From assembly GCA_951406725.2 (NCBI GenBank), contig OX597815.1, positions 117,676,001-117,740,000 on the forward strand: a DNA stretch of 64,000 bases, in the 5' to 3' direction. The notes under the pieces were generated by a model that worked only from the letters and a program-made list of their open reading frames with translations, was not told the DNA's origin and searched no databases. Positions 13,429-25,687 of the stretch are shown piece by piece; within the stretch, counting starts at the first letter, position 1; each line of letters begins with the position of its first letter. The position numbers and the translations under genes were made by a program. Source of the DNA: Octopus vulgaris (Eukaryota).

Positions 13429-14616
13429 TATACATATGTAAGAGAGAGAGAGAGAGAGAAAGAGAGAGAAGGAAAGAAAGAGAGTGAAAGAGAGAAAGAG
13501 ATATTGCCACACCCAACACATGGAGAAACTCGTGATCTACAGAAAGTAGTTATTAGTTGGTTGGAATGACAGATAAACAACTGGGTGAGGTTAGACCATG
13601 ATGAAGTATAGGTGGTGGTGTTGGTGGTGGGGAAATTAAAATTAAAAGTCAAGACCACCTTCAGGATGACACGCAAGATTTTAAAAATGTAATTTTATGC
13701 TTCACATATAAAAGGAATTCACAATAATTCCAAGACCCGTGATGCTAGTTATGAATCAGAGAAAAAAAATTTTTTTTTTTAGAAAAAGGCTACAAAATAC
13801 CACTTCCATGAGAATTTTAAAAAGCTAAAATGTTTGATAACGAAACCGTTTATCTCTGAAGATTTAGAATTGCCGTTTTCTTATATACGTTTAACTCTAC
13901 AATACTTAACGCTTATTTAGATAACAAAATGATGTTAAATTGATGGATATTTTAAGAAAACGCCTCGTTTCCCCTGCTGTATTTAATCATTATCATATAG
14001 TCTTAATTTGCTTTTATCACTTAACCGCTTCACTTATGAAGTACTGTATCGTAATGTGTTTTAGTACTTTTATTCTCACCTGACTAACAACAAAGAATAT
14101 ATCAAATACTGTTAAGTTGACCTGGGATAATAATATGGAATTATTTAAGCGATTACGCTCTGCCATGATAGCCTCTGTTCAGTAATTGTATAAAACTTTT
14201 CGACATCATAAAGGCTATGATTAATGCGTATTGTGTTGTTCTAAGTAGACGAAATCTTCAAGTAGTGCATATAGTGCTGCTCTAAATATTTTTAGATTTT
14301 TTCTTAACTGAAAAGTGAGGATAACTGAGTATTGTAAGTGCTTCTACAATTTAGTTTCACTTGTGTCAGTTTAGCACTTCAAGAGAAAACATAGATAATA
14401 AGATAATAACAGGGTGTTGCTGACTGAGGGAAGTTCTTGGAGAAAGATCAGGATTATGATGCAGTAAGAGTGCTGAGGTCAGAGAATACAGGTGTTTTGA
14501 ATGTAAATCAATGGTTTCCGAAGTAATTTTGTCCTGGAACACATGCAATTATCCAAAAATTGTAGAATCCAAGCCTATATTTTATGAAATACGTTCGTCA
14601 TCTTAATTTTAATGCG

Positions 14617-14668
<52 letters not shown>

Positions 14669-14669
<1 letters not shown>

Positions 14670-15250
14670 CCTTTCTACTATAGGAACAGGGCTTGAAATT
14701 TTGAGGGAGGAAGCCAGTCAATTAGATCGACCACAGTACGCAACTTTTACTTAATTTATCGACCCCGAAAAGATGAAAGGCAAAGTCGACCTCGGTGGAG
14801 TTTGAACTCAGAGCGTAGCGACGGGCGAAATACCTATTTCTTTACTATCCACAAGGGGCTAAATACAAACAAGGACAAACAAGGACAGAAAAACGGATTA
14901 AGTCGATTATATCGACCCCAGTGCGTAACTGGTACTTATCTAATCGATCCCGAAAGGATGAAAGGCAAAGTCGACCTCGGCGGAATTTGAACTCAGAACG
15001 TAACGGCAGATGAAATACCTATTTCTTTACTGCCCACAAGGGGCTAAACATAGAGGGGACAAACAAGGACAGACAAACGGATTAAGTCGATTACATCGAC
15101 CCCAGTGCGTCACTGGTACTTAATTTATCGACCCCGAAAGGATGAAAGGCAAAGTCGACCTCAGCGGAATTTGAACTCAGAACGTAACGGCAGATGAAAT
15201 ACGGCTACGCATTTCGGCCGGCGTGCTAACGTTTCTGCCAGCTCACCGCT
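14669..15250 (-). mobile_element. S2 SINE with three tandem internal ~180-bp units
   Basis: atcgaccccgaaaggatgaaaggcaaagtcgacctc...tttgaactcaga recurs at about 14757, 14943 and 15126. Confidence 0.9.
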
Positions 15251-15370
15251 TTAAAAATGTGCAATATGAAGGATATCTGCGTGCTATTTCTATCACTTTA
15301 GGTGAAAACATAATCCCACTTGTTTCCTTTAGTGTATTTGTGTGGCAATTTATGTTTTAAGTATAGCGAC

Positions 15371-15945
15371 TGCCTTTCATCCTTTCGGGGTCGATGGAAT
15401 AAGTACCAGTTACATACTGGGGTCGATGAAATCGGCTATCCCCTTCCCTCAAATTTCAGGTCTAGTGCCTGTAGCAGAAATGAAGCGATCATTATTCGTA
15501 TTCTTCTTATCACTATTAAGGTGAGCTGGCAGAATCGTTAGCACACCGGGTGAAATGCTTAGCGGTATTTCGTCTGCTGCTACGTTCTGAGTTCAGATTC
15601 CGCCGAGATTGACTTTGCCTTTCGGAGTCGATAAATTAACTACCAGTTGAGTACTGGGGTCGATGTAATCGACCGTACCCCTCCTCTCAAAATCCAGGCC
15701 TTGTGCTTATAGTAGAAAAGATCATCATTAAAGCGGAGAGCTGGCAAAATCGTTAGCGCGCCGGACGAAATGCTTAGCGGTATTTCGCCCGTCGCTATGT
15801 TCTGGGTTCAAACTCTGCTGGGGTCGACTTTGCCTTTCATCTTTTCGGGGTCGATAAATTAAGTACCAGTTGCGTATTGGGGTCGATCTAATCGACTGGC
15901 TCCCCACTCAAAAATTCAGGCCCTGTACCTATTGTAGAAAGGATT
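15371..15945 (+). mobile_element. Three tandem S2 SINE copies
   Basis: Repeated gagctggcagaatcgttagc...gcctttcatc.tttcggggtcgataaattaagtaccagtt; the last ends in (TTA)n. Confidence 0.85.
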
Positions 15946-15952
15946 ATTATTA

Positions 15953-16016
<64 letters not shown>

Positions 16017-16285
16017 CCTTTCTACTATAGGCACAGGCTTGGCCGAACACCGGCCACGTGAAGAGAGAGGAGAAAGGTAGAAGCAGAGGGACAGAAGAAT
16101 TAGGGAGGGACGAGAAAAATAGAAAAGGGACAGAGTGAAGTAAAGGTGGAGGGAAAGTGAGAATGAAGAGAAAGCCAGGAAATGTGAGAGAGGGGGAACG
16201 AACGAATACTAGAACACTTTTAAAAAATGGACTTTATGAAAATATTATTTCATATGCTCTCTCATTCATAAGAAAAAGAACTCTC

Positions 16286-16346
<61 letters not shown>

Positions 16347-16348
<2 letters not shown>

Positions 16349-16834
16349 GCCCTGATGCAGTACCAGTCTGGCTTCTGATCTTGGTATAAAAGATGGGCTA
16401 CAGCAAATATTCTGCTCAATACCAGATTTGCTTGTCAGTTGTTTGACCTTAATCAGTTGAGCATGTCTCTTAGTGGCTGACGATATGTGCATCTCTGACC
16501 ACGAGCAGAAGTAGTGGGGGAGCACTATAGCCGTGTGTTGAAAGGAATTCTTAGAAGTTTGGATAATTCACCTTTGGAAACATCCTTAAACAATCCTTAT
16601 TCAGGGATCTTTTGAGCGGGATGGGCTACTCGACCAGAAGAAAATTGTAACTGGGCCCCACCTGCAAGGTCATGCGCTGTTTATCTTCATATGAGATCAC
16701 CATGTCGCGCACACATGGTTGTGATGCATGTGCTTGCTGTACCCTTATCAGACGGGTAGTCATGATGGGTATACTGAGCTTTGTATATTTTACCCCAGTG
16801 TCACTTTGATGGCATGCACTGCTCTCTCACTCAA
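16347..16834 (+). mobile_element. 550-bp (TAA)n-associated element, copy 3 (internal deletions)
   Basis: (TAA)n-atgccctgatgcagtacc...gctctctcactc-aataataa; reverse complement of copies 1 and 2. Confidence 0.85.
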
Positions 16835-16980
16835 TAATAATAATAGTAATAAACCCTTCTTCTCTTAAAGGGAATAATAGTAATAAACCCTTCTTCTCTT
16901 AAAGGGAATCTTCAACCCTCTTCTATTTCTTAGTAGACTTTCTCTTTCTCTCTCTCCCTCTCTCTGTCAATCTATCTTTG

Positions 16981-17052
<72 letters not shown>

Positions 17053-17057
17053 CATTT

Positions 17058-17155
<98 letters not shown>

Positions 17156-17165
17156 CATTTTTCTG

Positions 17166-17234
<69 letters not shown>

Positions 17235-18795
17235 TCTCTTACTCTGAAAGCAACTTTAGGTGGCAGCACCAACAGGTGCCAGTTAAAATTCCCTAGGTGT
17301 GTTAAACGCTGGCCCAGTTCTAAATGCTACACACAAAACTGAGGGCAAGATATCACGGCGTGATGAAATTGATCACAAGTGAGCCTGACGTGATAAGCAA
17401 CATAGAAATACGACCAGAGATCTCACATTTCCACTCGAAACAAACACAGATGGGTTTGTATAAAAGGTTGTAGTGAAAACGGTAAATGTGATTACATGAA
17501 GGACTATCAAACAAGGCGAATAAGTACTGGATTTTTATCAAGTTATATTAAATGATACCTTTTCACGTAGATTTCTACATTTTCACGATGCCTTAGGGTT
17601 CTTCGTTACCCATTTCAGGCAGCACTGGCGTCTTTGTATGAAGAAAAAGGAGAGAGACAAAAAACTTCGATTTTTACGTGTGTTATCAATATCTTATTGC
17701 AAAAAAAAAAATGTGCAATTCATTAAGATAAAGTAAATGTCGGTTTGAAATAAAATATTCAATACCAATAAAACTTTGATTATTAATAATTGAGATAAGT
17801 TGTTAAAAAGTGAAGAAAATTGGTGTTTGGAGTTGGTGCTTGGAAGCAATATATCACGATGAAACTAAAACTGCCTCTTCCGTTTGTTGGTGGATATAAA
17901 TATTTTGATGGTATTAATATTTCCTTTCCTTGAATGAGAAAAGCAATCCCACACGTTATAAAAAAATAACTTGAGTAGAGAAAAATATTTCTGGCACTCC
18001 TTTTATGGTTAAGTTGGTAACCGTTGGAGTACGCGCGCGCGCGTACACACACACACACACGCGCGCAAACACACTCATAAATGCATACATACAACTTGTT
18101 GCCATATATATATATATATATAAATATGTGTATGTGTGTGTTTGTGTATTCCTTTTTCTACTTCTTGTTTCAATGTTTCAGTCATTTGGCTGTGGCCAGA
18201 CTGGAGCACCAGCTTGAAGGGTTAGTCTTACAAATCGATTCCTGAGCTTATTTTTATCCTTGGTACTTATTCTATTGAGGTTTTTTTGCTGAACCGCTAG
18301 GCTAAAGGAAGTAAAGAAACCAACGCCGGTTTTCAAGCAGTGGTGGGTCTCCCTCGCTGCTTCTCTTTGGATATACTGGAATAGACATGGAATTCTAAAT
18401 AGTGGTTATTGTCACACACCTACCCACCAAAACACGCACACATACACACACACACACACAAACATAAATGTATGCATACATGCACATCTTTTTTCCCTTT
18501 GCCTGTCTCCCTATGTGTATATATATATGTGTGTGTTTGTGTGTGTCTATTTATGTCGGTGGAGGCGTGGATGTGTGACAAGAAGTTTGTTTTACAACCA
18601 CAAATATTTTTAGATCTTATGATTTATGCAATAGTTGAAACTACTAGAGAATACTGTTAAATACAAAACATATTTATTGTAGAGCAATTACATATTAAAA
18701 CGGAAAACTGGAAATTGCTTTGGTATTATTTATTCTTATAGGGAATGAATAATACTAAAATAATTCTTTCATTCTTTTGTTTTAATATATGTTTC

Positions 18796-18828
18796 GCCTG
18801 TATAGCTCAGTCGGTAGAACATCAGGCT

Positions 18829-18832
<4 letters not shown>
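18796..18832 (+). pseudogene. 5' half of tRNA-Lys(UUU)
   Basis: gcctgtatagctcagtcggtagaacatcaggctttta vs canonical GCCCGGATAGCTCAGTCGGTAGAGCATCAGACTTTTA (4 differences); stops in the anticodon loop next to (TA)n. Confidence 0.75.
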
Positions 18833-18862
<30 letters not shown>

Positions 18863-18935
18863 CGTATGCATGTATGTATTGTAACCAAACGTGGATTGTT
18901 GGCGATTTTTCCGTCTTTCTCTTTGGATTCTTCTC

Positions 18936-18968
18936 TTTCTGACGAAGAGCTATGCTCGAAACGTTAAC
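18936..18968 (+). ncRNA. Minimal type I hammerhead motif (family B)
   Basis: CTGACGA A GAGC tat GCTC GAAACGTT; loopless palindromic stem III, weak stem I. Confidence 0.7.
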
Positions 18969-19076
18969 AACTCTCTCCTTTCACAGAGCGTAAAATTGAT
19001 GTATTTCTTGTGCACGTCCTCACGTTTAGTTTTCTTTTTTTTCTCTGTTTTTTTTTAATCGTTTGATCTTTGAATT

Positions 19077-19112
<36 letters not shown>

Positions 19113-19205
19113 AGAGTTTACAAAAAAAAAAAAAACAAAAGACGAAGACAGTTTGTGTACAAAACAAACAGATGTATTAGTATAACGCTCAGGAACATGA
19201 AAAGT

Positions 19206-19241
19206 CTTTTACGTTTCGAGCCTACGCTCTTCTACAGAAAG
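19206..19241 (-). ncRNA. Minimal type I hammerhead-like motif (family B, A6U core)
   Basis: Minus: cttt CTGTAGA A GAGC gtag GCTC GAAACGTA aaag. Confidence 0.65.
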
Positions 19242-19734
19242 GTACACAGAAAAAACAAGGAGAGAAACAAGAACGTTCTATCATGGCGTCTGACTCGGAC
19301 AGAAGGGTCACATATGAGAAGGAAAGTAGGGGAGATAACAAAGTAAAGATGACCCCCAACTCGAAGGTGCGTGTGTGTATGAGAGAGTATGTATGTGCGT
19401 GTGAAAGAGGGCTGGTGGTCTGGACGTGTGCGTGTATGTATGTGTAAGTGTAAAAATGTGGGGATGGGTGTGTGGGTGGTGTGTTGTGATGTGATGTGTA
19501 ATGTTGTATGGTGTAGTGTGGTGTGATGTTGTTGGGAGGTGGGGGAGGCGAGAATGGGGAAAGCACGGGTGGGGTGTGGGTTCGGCTGAAGGTTGGGGTA
19601 GAGTTGGGGTTTGTGGGTAGGCAGAGGGTGGGGGTAGAGGTGGGGTATGTGGGGGTAGGGTGTGTGGGATAGGATGGGGGAATGGGAAGGATAGGGAAGG
19701 TGGAGTAGGAATGTGTAGGGGTGGGTGATCTTAC

Positions 19735-19783
<49 letters not shown>

Positions 19784-20434
19784 TGGGGAGAGAGAGAAAG
19801 AGAGAGAGAGAAAGAGAGAGAGAGAGAAAGAATATGCTCTCTTACGGACTCTGCTATCAGTTTACACAGTAATTATCAATTATATTATAGTGTAATGCTA
19901 AGTAGCCATGTAACTGTAAATCCGACCGACAAAAATATTTGTGAGGAATGTATGAAAACATAACGCTCGTAGATTTGAGAGGTGAATATATATTTATTTA
20001 GCCACATGACTTCCACAGGATTAAGGCCGTTTCACAACATTTTCATGTAGTATTAATTTTAGTATGCAGGAAATTTCTGACCTAATCAATGTAATTTTGT
20101 TCATTTCTTGTCTCTCATATATTCCGCATATATAAAGACAGAATTTTTGTGTGTGTATTTAGAGTTGAACTGTTGATGGAACCATGATGCACCGGTGATC
20201 TGTGTTAGCTTTCGTTATTTTCATTAATTTGTGAATATACAATTATATTGTAAAATACAGAACATACATAGGCGTAGGAGTGGCTGTGTGGTAAGTAGGT
20301 TGCTTACCAACCACACGGTTCCGGGTTCATTCCCACTGCGTGGCCCCTTGGTCAAGTGCCTTCTACTATAGCCTCGAGCCGACCAAAGCCTTGAGAGAGG
20401 ATTTGGTAGACGGAAGCCCGTCGTATATATATAT

Positions 20435-20992
20435 ATAAATATAAGAGAGTAACCACTATGTGGTCGACTCTAGCACTAAAAATAGATCCCCTAGGTTTCA
20501 GCCACAAAGAATTGTTTCCGATGAAAGTTAGCACGACTACTAGCGCAAAGGAACAGGGCAAATAAAAATAACAAAAATGCAGATTAGTTCAGGACAATTG
20601 TTTTGCTATTAATAAATTATGTAATTTTACTCACATAACACATCTGTAGCTCTTCAGCCGAACCCGTCCAGAATACAATTTACTCAACCGCACGCTAGAT
20701 TTTACCATCACGATAAACACACGTGCGGTTCAGTCGATTGCATTCGCTGTTATAATTCAAGTGCTCCTGCCACAGCCCGCCAAAATTCACGGAAACAGAT
20801 ACTACATCCAAAATTAAATGTAGTATAATTACAATCAACTAATAAGGGTGAGAAAATTGGATACTAATTTAATAGCACATCCATTTAACACCAAGTGGCT
20901 TAGTGCCTAAAAACCTGGCTTACGATAAATTTTATACATAAATATAAGAGAGTAACCACTATGTGGTCGACTCTAGCACTAAAAATAGATCC
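20435..20992 (-). mobile_element. HHR-bearing non-coding element, 503-bp unit plus 55-bp terminal direct repeat
   Basis: 20435-20489 is identical to 20938-20992; (TA)n on both sides; HHR at 20587-20663. Confidence 0.8.
20587..20663 (-). ncRNA. Type I hammerhead ribozyme motif with G12A
   Basis: Minus: gttcgg CTGAAGA GCTA...TAGC AAAA CAATT GTC ctgaac; 6-bp stem I, 4-bp stem II, palindromic ACAATTGT. Confidence 0.75.
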
Positions 20993-20994
20993 GC

Positions 20995-21107
<113 letters not shown>

Positions 21108-21524
21108 GTGTGTGTATGTTTGTGTGTCTGTGCTTGTTCCCCCCAACATCGCTTAACAACCGATGCTGGTGTGTTTACGTCCCCGTAACTTAGCGGTTCG
21201 GCAAAAGAGACCGATAGAATTAGTACTAGGCTTACAAAGAATAAGTCCTGGGGTCGAATTCCTCGACTAAATGCGGTGGTGGTGCTCCAGCATGGCCACA
21301 GTCAAATGACTGAAACAAATAAAAGAGTAAAAGAGATACATATTAATACGAACATGTACGCATAATTTTTTTCATACCGAAATTTATACGACATGAAGTA
21401 GTCACGAAAATCTGTAACCCTAAGGAAGTCACGAGGTAAAATAAATATATATTCACCACTCAAATCTCCTGACTTATATTCATTCCATATAACCTTCACA
21501 CATCAATTGCACTTCATATTTTGA

Positions 21525-21598
21525 GGCTCCGATGAAGCTATAAGGCGTTATTCAGGCACTCAACTATGTATATCGTATAGCAGAAACAGCTGTAAGCT
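21525..21598 (+). ncRNA. Type I hammerhead motif (U4C)
   Basis: ggct CCGATGA A GCTATA...TATAGC A GAAA CAGCT GTA agct; palindromic ACAGCTGT. Confidence 0.7.
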
Positions 21599-21659
21599 AA
21601 TGAAGTTCATAAGATAATCATTTATTCCTTTGTCATCTCTTTTTCTTATGCATATATAT

Positions 21660-21940
21660 TATTTGTTCCTTCTCGAGCCACGCCTGGCTCATAAGGGCCG
21701 GTTTTCCGGTTTCCTGGACAGGACGCCGGTCCGTCGCAGGTGAGCTGCAAGATGCAGGAGGAAAGAGTGAGAGAAAGTTGTGGCGAAAGAGTCAGCAGAA
21801 GTTCGCCATTACCTTCTACCGGAGCCGCGTGGAGCTTAGGTCTTTCGTTTATAAAGACACACATCGCCCGGTTTGAGATTAGAAACCGCGATCCCTCGAC
21901 CGCGAGTCCGTTGCTCTTACCACTAGGCCATGTGGCTCCA
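21660..21940 (-). mobile_element. SINE family S4 (tRNA-like head)
   Basis: Minus head ggagccacatggcctagtggtaagagcaacggactcgcggtcgagggatcgcggtttc; related body at 45655-45903. Confidence 0.7.
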
Positions 21941-21946
21941 CATACA

Positions 21947-22227
<281 letters not shown>

Positions 22228-22228
22228 T

Positions 22229-22917
22229 TATAAATAAGGATAATATCGATATTTAAATATCGATATTATCAAGTGGCCAGCATGGGAAAAAATACCATAC
22301 AAAGGTAATAATTTTTTACAACTAAAAATAAGGGTGTCTGAGAGACACCACCATGCCGAAATAGCAGTCAAATCCCTGACTCTAAAAATCACCTTAAATG
22401 TTCATATCGCACCATGAGATAAGACAGAGGGACAAAATAGACTAGCAAAAAGATATTACCGAATAATTCAAGATCCTGGATTTCTAGCTTTGCTTTAAAT
22501 AATCTTTGCCGTCGTCAGTTGAATATATCAGAGCACATAAATACAAATATATATATGCAGAACAAACGTTATACTTACATATACGAACGCCCATACATAC
22601 ATATATATGCACGTATGTACAAGGCCAGTTTAAATTGTCCGCCAAACACCTCATAAGCACGATATGGTCAAAATGAACACCGCAGTGAATATAGTGACGA
22701 ATTATATAAATCTATAAATAAGGATAATATCGATAAATATCGATATTATCAAGTGACCAGCATGGGAAAAATACCATACGAAGGTCATAATTTTTTACAA
22801 CTAAAAATAAGGGTGTCTGAGAGACATCACCATGAACATTTAAGGTGGTTTTTAGAGTCAGGGATTTGACTGCTATTTCGGCATGGTTTTGTCTCTCAGA
22901 CACCCTTATTTTTAGTT
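22229..22917 (-). mobile_element. HHR-bearing element: ~480-bp unit, ~125-bp direct repeat and 5' inverted arm
   Basis: 22229-22355 repeated at 22713-22834; 22832-22917 is the reverse complement of 22320-22405; (TA)n on both sides. Confidence 0.85.
22466..22524 (-). ncRNA. Type I hammerhead ribozyme motif
   Basis: Minus: attcaa CTGACGA C GGC...GCT A GAAA TCC A GG ATC ttgaat; perfect 6-bp stem I, AUC triplet. Confidence 0.8.
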
Positions 22918-23676
22918 ATATATATATATATATATATATGAGACATAAACATAGACTCCAGATAGATATTGCATTTAAGATAATATGAACGCTACTACTG
23001 ACACTAAATATTTATCTGGTATCTCTATGTTCATAACTTACCCCCTTTGTCGTTCGTTCTCTTATACTCTCTCTTCCTTTCTCTGTCACCCAGCCTTTTC
23101 TCTTCACGTTGCCATCGCCTCCTCCTCATAACTGCTACTACTACTAATACTACTACAAGCGTAAATATTGTTATTCTTCGAGAGAAACGCCGAATAATGC
23201 CTTTGAGAATTTAGTTTCGTCTCTCCAAAATGTTTATGTTTAAATCCCAAACGGAGTAATAAAGTAAGATTAAATCAACTGTACCCAACCCCTAAAAGAT
23301 GTTGACTTTATATGAAATGGAATCCTTATTATTTAGAGCGGAAGTGTCCACGCAATTGGGACCTTGGATTTTTTTTTTTTTTCTTTTTTCATTTTCGTTT
23401 AATACAAGTTCGCTTCACTTACATTACTAATGCCCTTTTGAAAAGCATAAATGTTACTGTGTCGTTTTTTTTTTTTTAATTGTTTCAGTCATTTGTCTGC
23501 GGTCTTGCAGGGACACCGCCTTGAAGGGTTTTGGTCTAACAAATCGACCCTAGGCTTCTTGTTTTTTTTTTTTTTTTGATCTAATACTTAATCTATAGGT
23601 CTCTTTTGTCGAACCGCTAGGTTGTTACGGGGGAATTAACCACACCAACACTGGTTGTATGTATTATATGTATGTA

Positions 23677-24352
23677 TATAATAAATGGCAAGTTTGTGTC
23701 TGAATTTGTTACTTTAACTCCTCCGAGGCTATCCAACAGACTTTGATGAAACTTGACACGTGGGGTGGGGGCCTTATGCCCATGCGGTCACTTACGCACT
23801 TGGAATTTTTAAAAAATCGATTTTTCAAAATTCGTAAAATTTCGGCATTTATCGCACTAGCCGTCGTGACATCAGTATGACGAAAAATGCCGAAATTTGA
23901 CGAAAAATGTTTCATGGGTATAAACATACAGCTTATTAATGGTAATCTACTTAGCATTTGCTAATTCTGCATTTCAATGCGAATTGTTTTGATTTGCAAA
24001 AACTTATTATTTCAGTTCGTTGTTTTAATTCCCCAGAGTTTCAGGTTTTGATTAGGTAAGAGCATTTTATTTCTCAAGCAAAATTAAGGCATTATAGACA
24101 CTAGCCGTCGTGACATCAATTTGACGAAATCTGCCCCAAAGCGTAAAATTTCGCCATTTTACGCACAAGCACAAAAATGACAACGACACGTGTTCGGTAC
24201 CAGACTTTCCTCATTTTTTTCGTCAAATTGGTCCTACCCATTAATATAGATTTTAAAATTTTAGAAAAATGTCGAAAGTTGACGAAATATGCTTCATAGC
24301 TATAAACAGACAGCTTATTAATGGTAATTTATTACCGGGTACCTCAGCTACT
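23677..24352 (+). mobile_element. Non-autonomous Helitron-like element
   Basis: 5' tatataataaa...aactcctcc...gactttgatgaaactt and 3' ccgggtacctcagctact (CTAG-like end); internal duplications (23855/24099 and 23881/24263); no TIR or TSD seen. Confidence 0.5.
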
Positions 24353-24356
24353 ATAC

Positions 24357-24405
<49 letters not shown>

Positions 24406-24661
24406 TGTATTTGTGTGTCTGTATTTGTTCCCGTAACTGAGTGGTTCGGCAAAAAGACCGAAAGAATAAGTACTAGGCTTACAATGAATAAGTCCTGGGG
24501 TCGATTTGCTTGACTAAAGGCGGTGCTCCAGCATGGCCACAGTCAAATAACTGAAACAAATAAGGGAATAGAAGAATATATATATATATATATGTAGATA
24601 TGTATATATGTATATATGTATATATGTATATATATATATATGTGTATATATATGTAGATAA

Positions 24662-24754
<93 letters not shown>

Positions 24755-24835
24755 CAAGAAGCCCAAGGTCGATTTGTTAGACCAAAACCCTTCAAGGCGG
24801 TGTCCCTGCATGACCGCAGACAAATGAGTGAAACA

Positions 24836-24887
<52 letters not shown>

Positions 24888-25167
24888 TAGATAGATAGAC
24901 GTAGATTATATACATATATATATAAAATGAGTTTCTTTCAGTTTCCATCTACCAAATCCACTCAAAAGGCTATAGTAGAAATGCCACGCAGTGGGACTGA
25001 ACCCGGAACCATGTGGTTCAGTGAAGTTCTGGGGTATATGTATCAGTGAAGTTCTGGGGTATATGTAATTGACAAACCCCTTCTCACAACCCAAAAAAAA
25101 AAGAAGAAAAGAAAGAAGAATTTCTAGTCTTGTGCTACAATTTGAATCCATTGTTATTTTTATTTTG

Positions 25168-25603
25168 AAGGCAGATATCACAACTTTTAGGACGCTCGAC
25201 AAAATGCGCTGTCACGTCCGCTTTTGAGTTCCAAGTTCAAATTCCTCCAGAGTTCAACTTTATCTTTCATCTTTTCGGGTTCGATGAAATAAGTGTCAGT
25301 TAAACACTGGGGTCGATATAATCAATTATCACCCTGACTCATCCACCCCCAAATTTCAGGCCTTGTTTCTATAGTAGAAAGTATCAAAATTTGTAAGGTA
25401 GTGATCTGGCAAAATCGTTAGCAAGCCGGGCAAAATACTTAGCAGTATTTCGTCTGTCACTACGTTCTGAGTTCAAATTCTACTGAGGTCGACTTTGTCT
25501 TTCATCCTTTCGGGATCGATAAATTAAGTACCAATGAAACACTGAGATCGATGTAATCGACTAGTCCCCTCACACTTCAGGCCTTGTGCCTTTAGTAGAA
25601 AAG

Positions 25604-25604
<1 letters not shown>
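25168..25604 (+). mobile_element. Two tandem S2 SINE copies
   Basis: S2 core twice; the (TTA)n tail of the second is shared with the Dong-type element. Confidence 0.8.

Positions 25605-25683
<79 letters not shown>

Positions 25684-25687
<4 letters not shown>

Noticed and set aside
17335-17530. Peptides loosely like LTR-retrotransposon integrase tails (KLRARYHG; TDGFV*KVVVKT)
   Set aside because: Too short and inconsistent between frames to support a call.
20515-20556. Plus-strand CCGATGA with a GTTAG/CTAGC stem, which would make the element ambisense and viroid-like
   Set aside because: No GAAA-NUH half, so no support for ribozymes on both strands.
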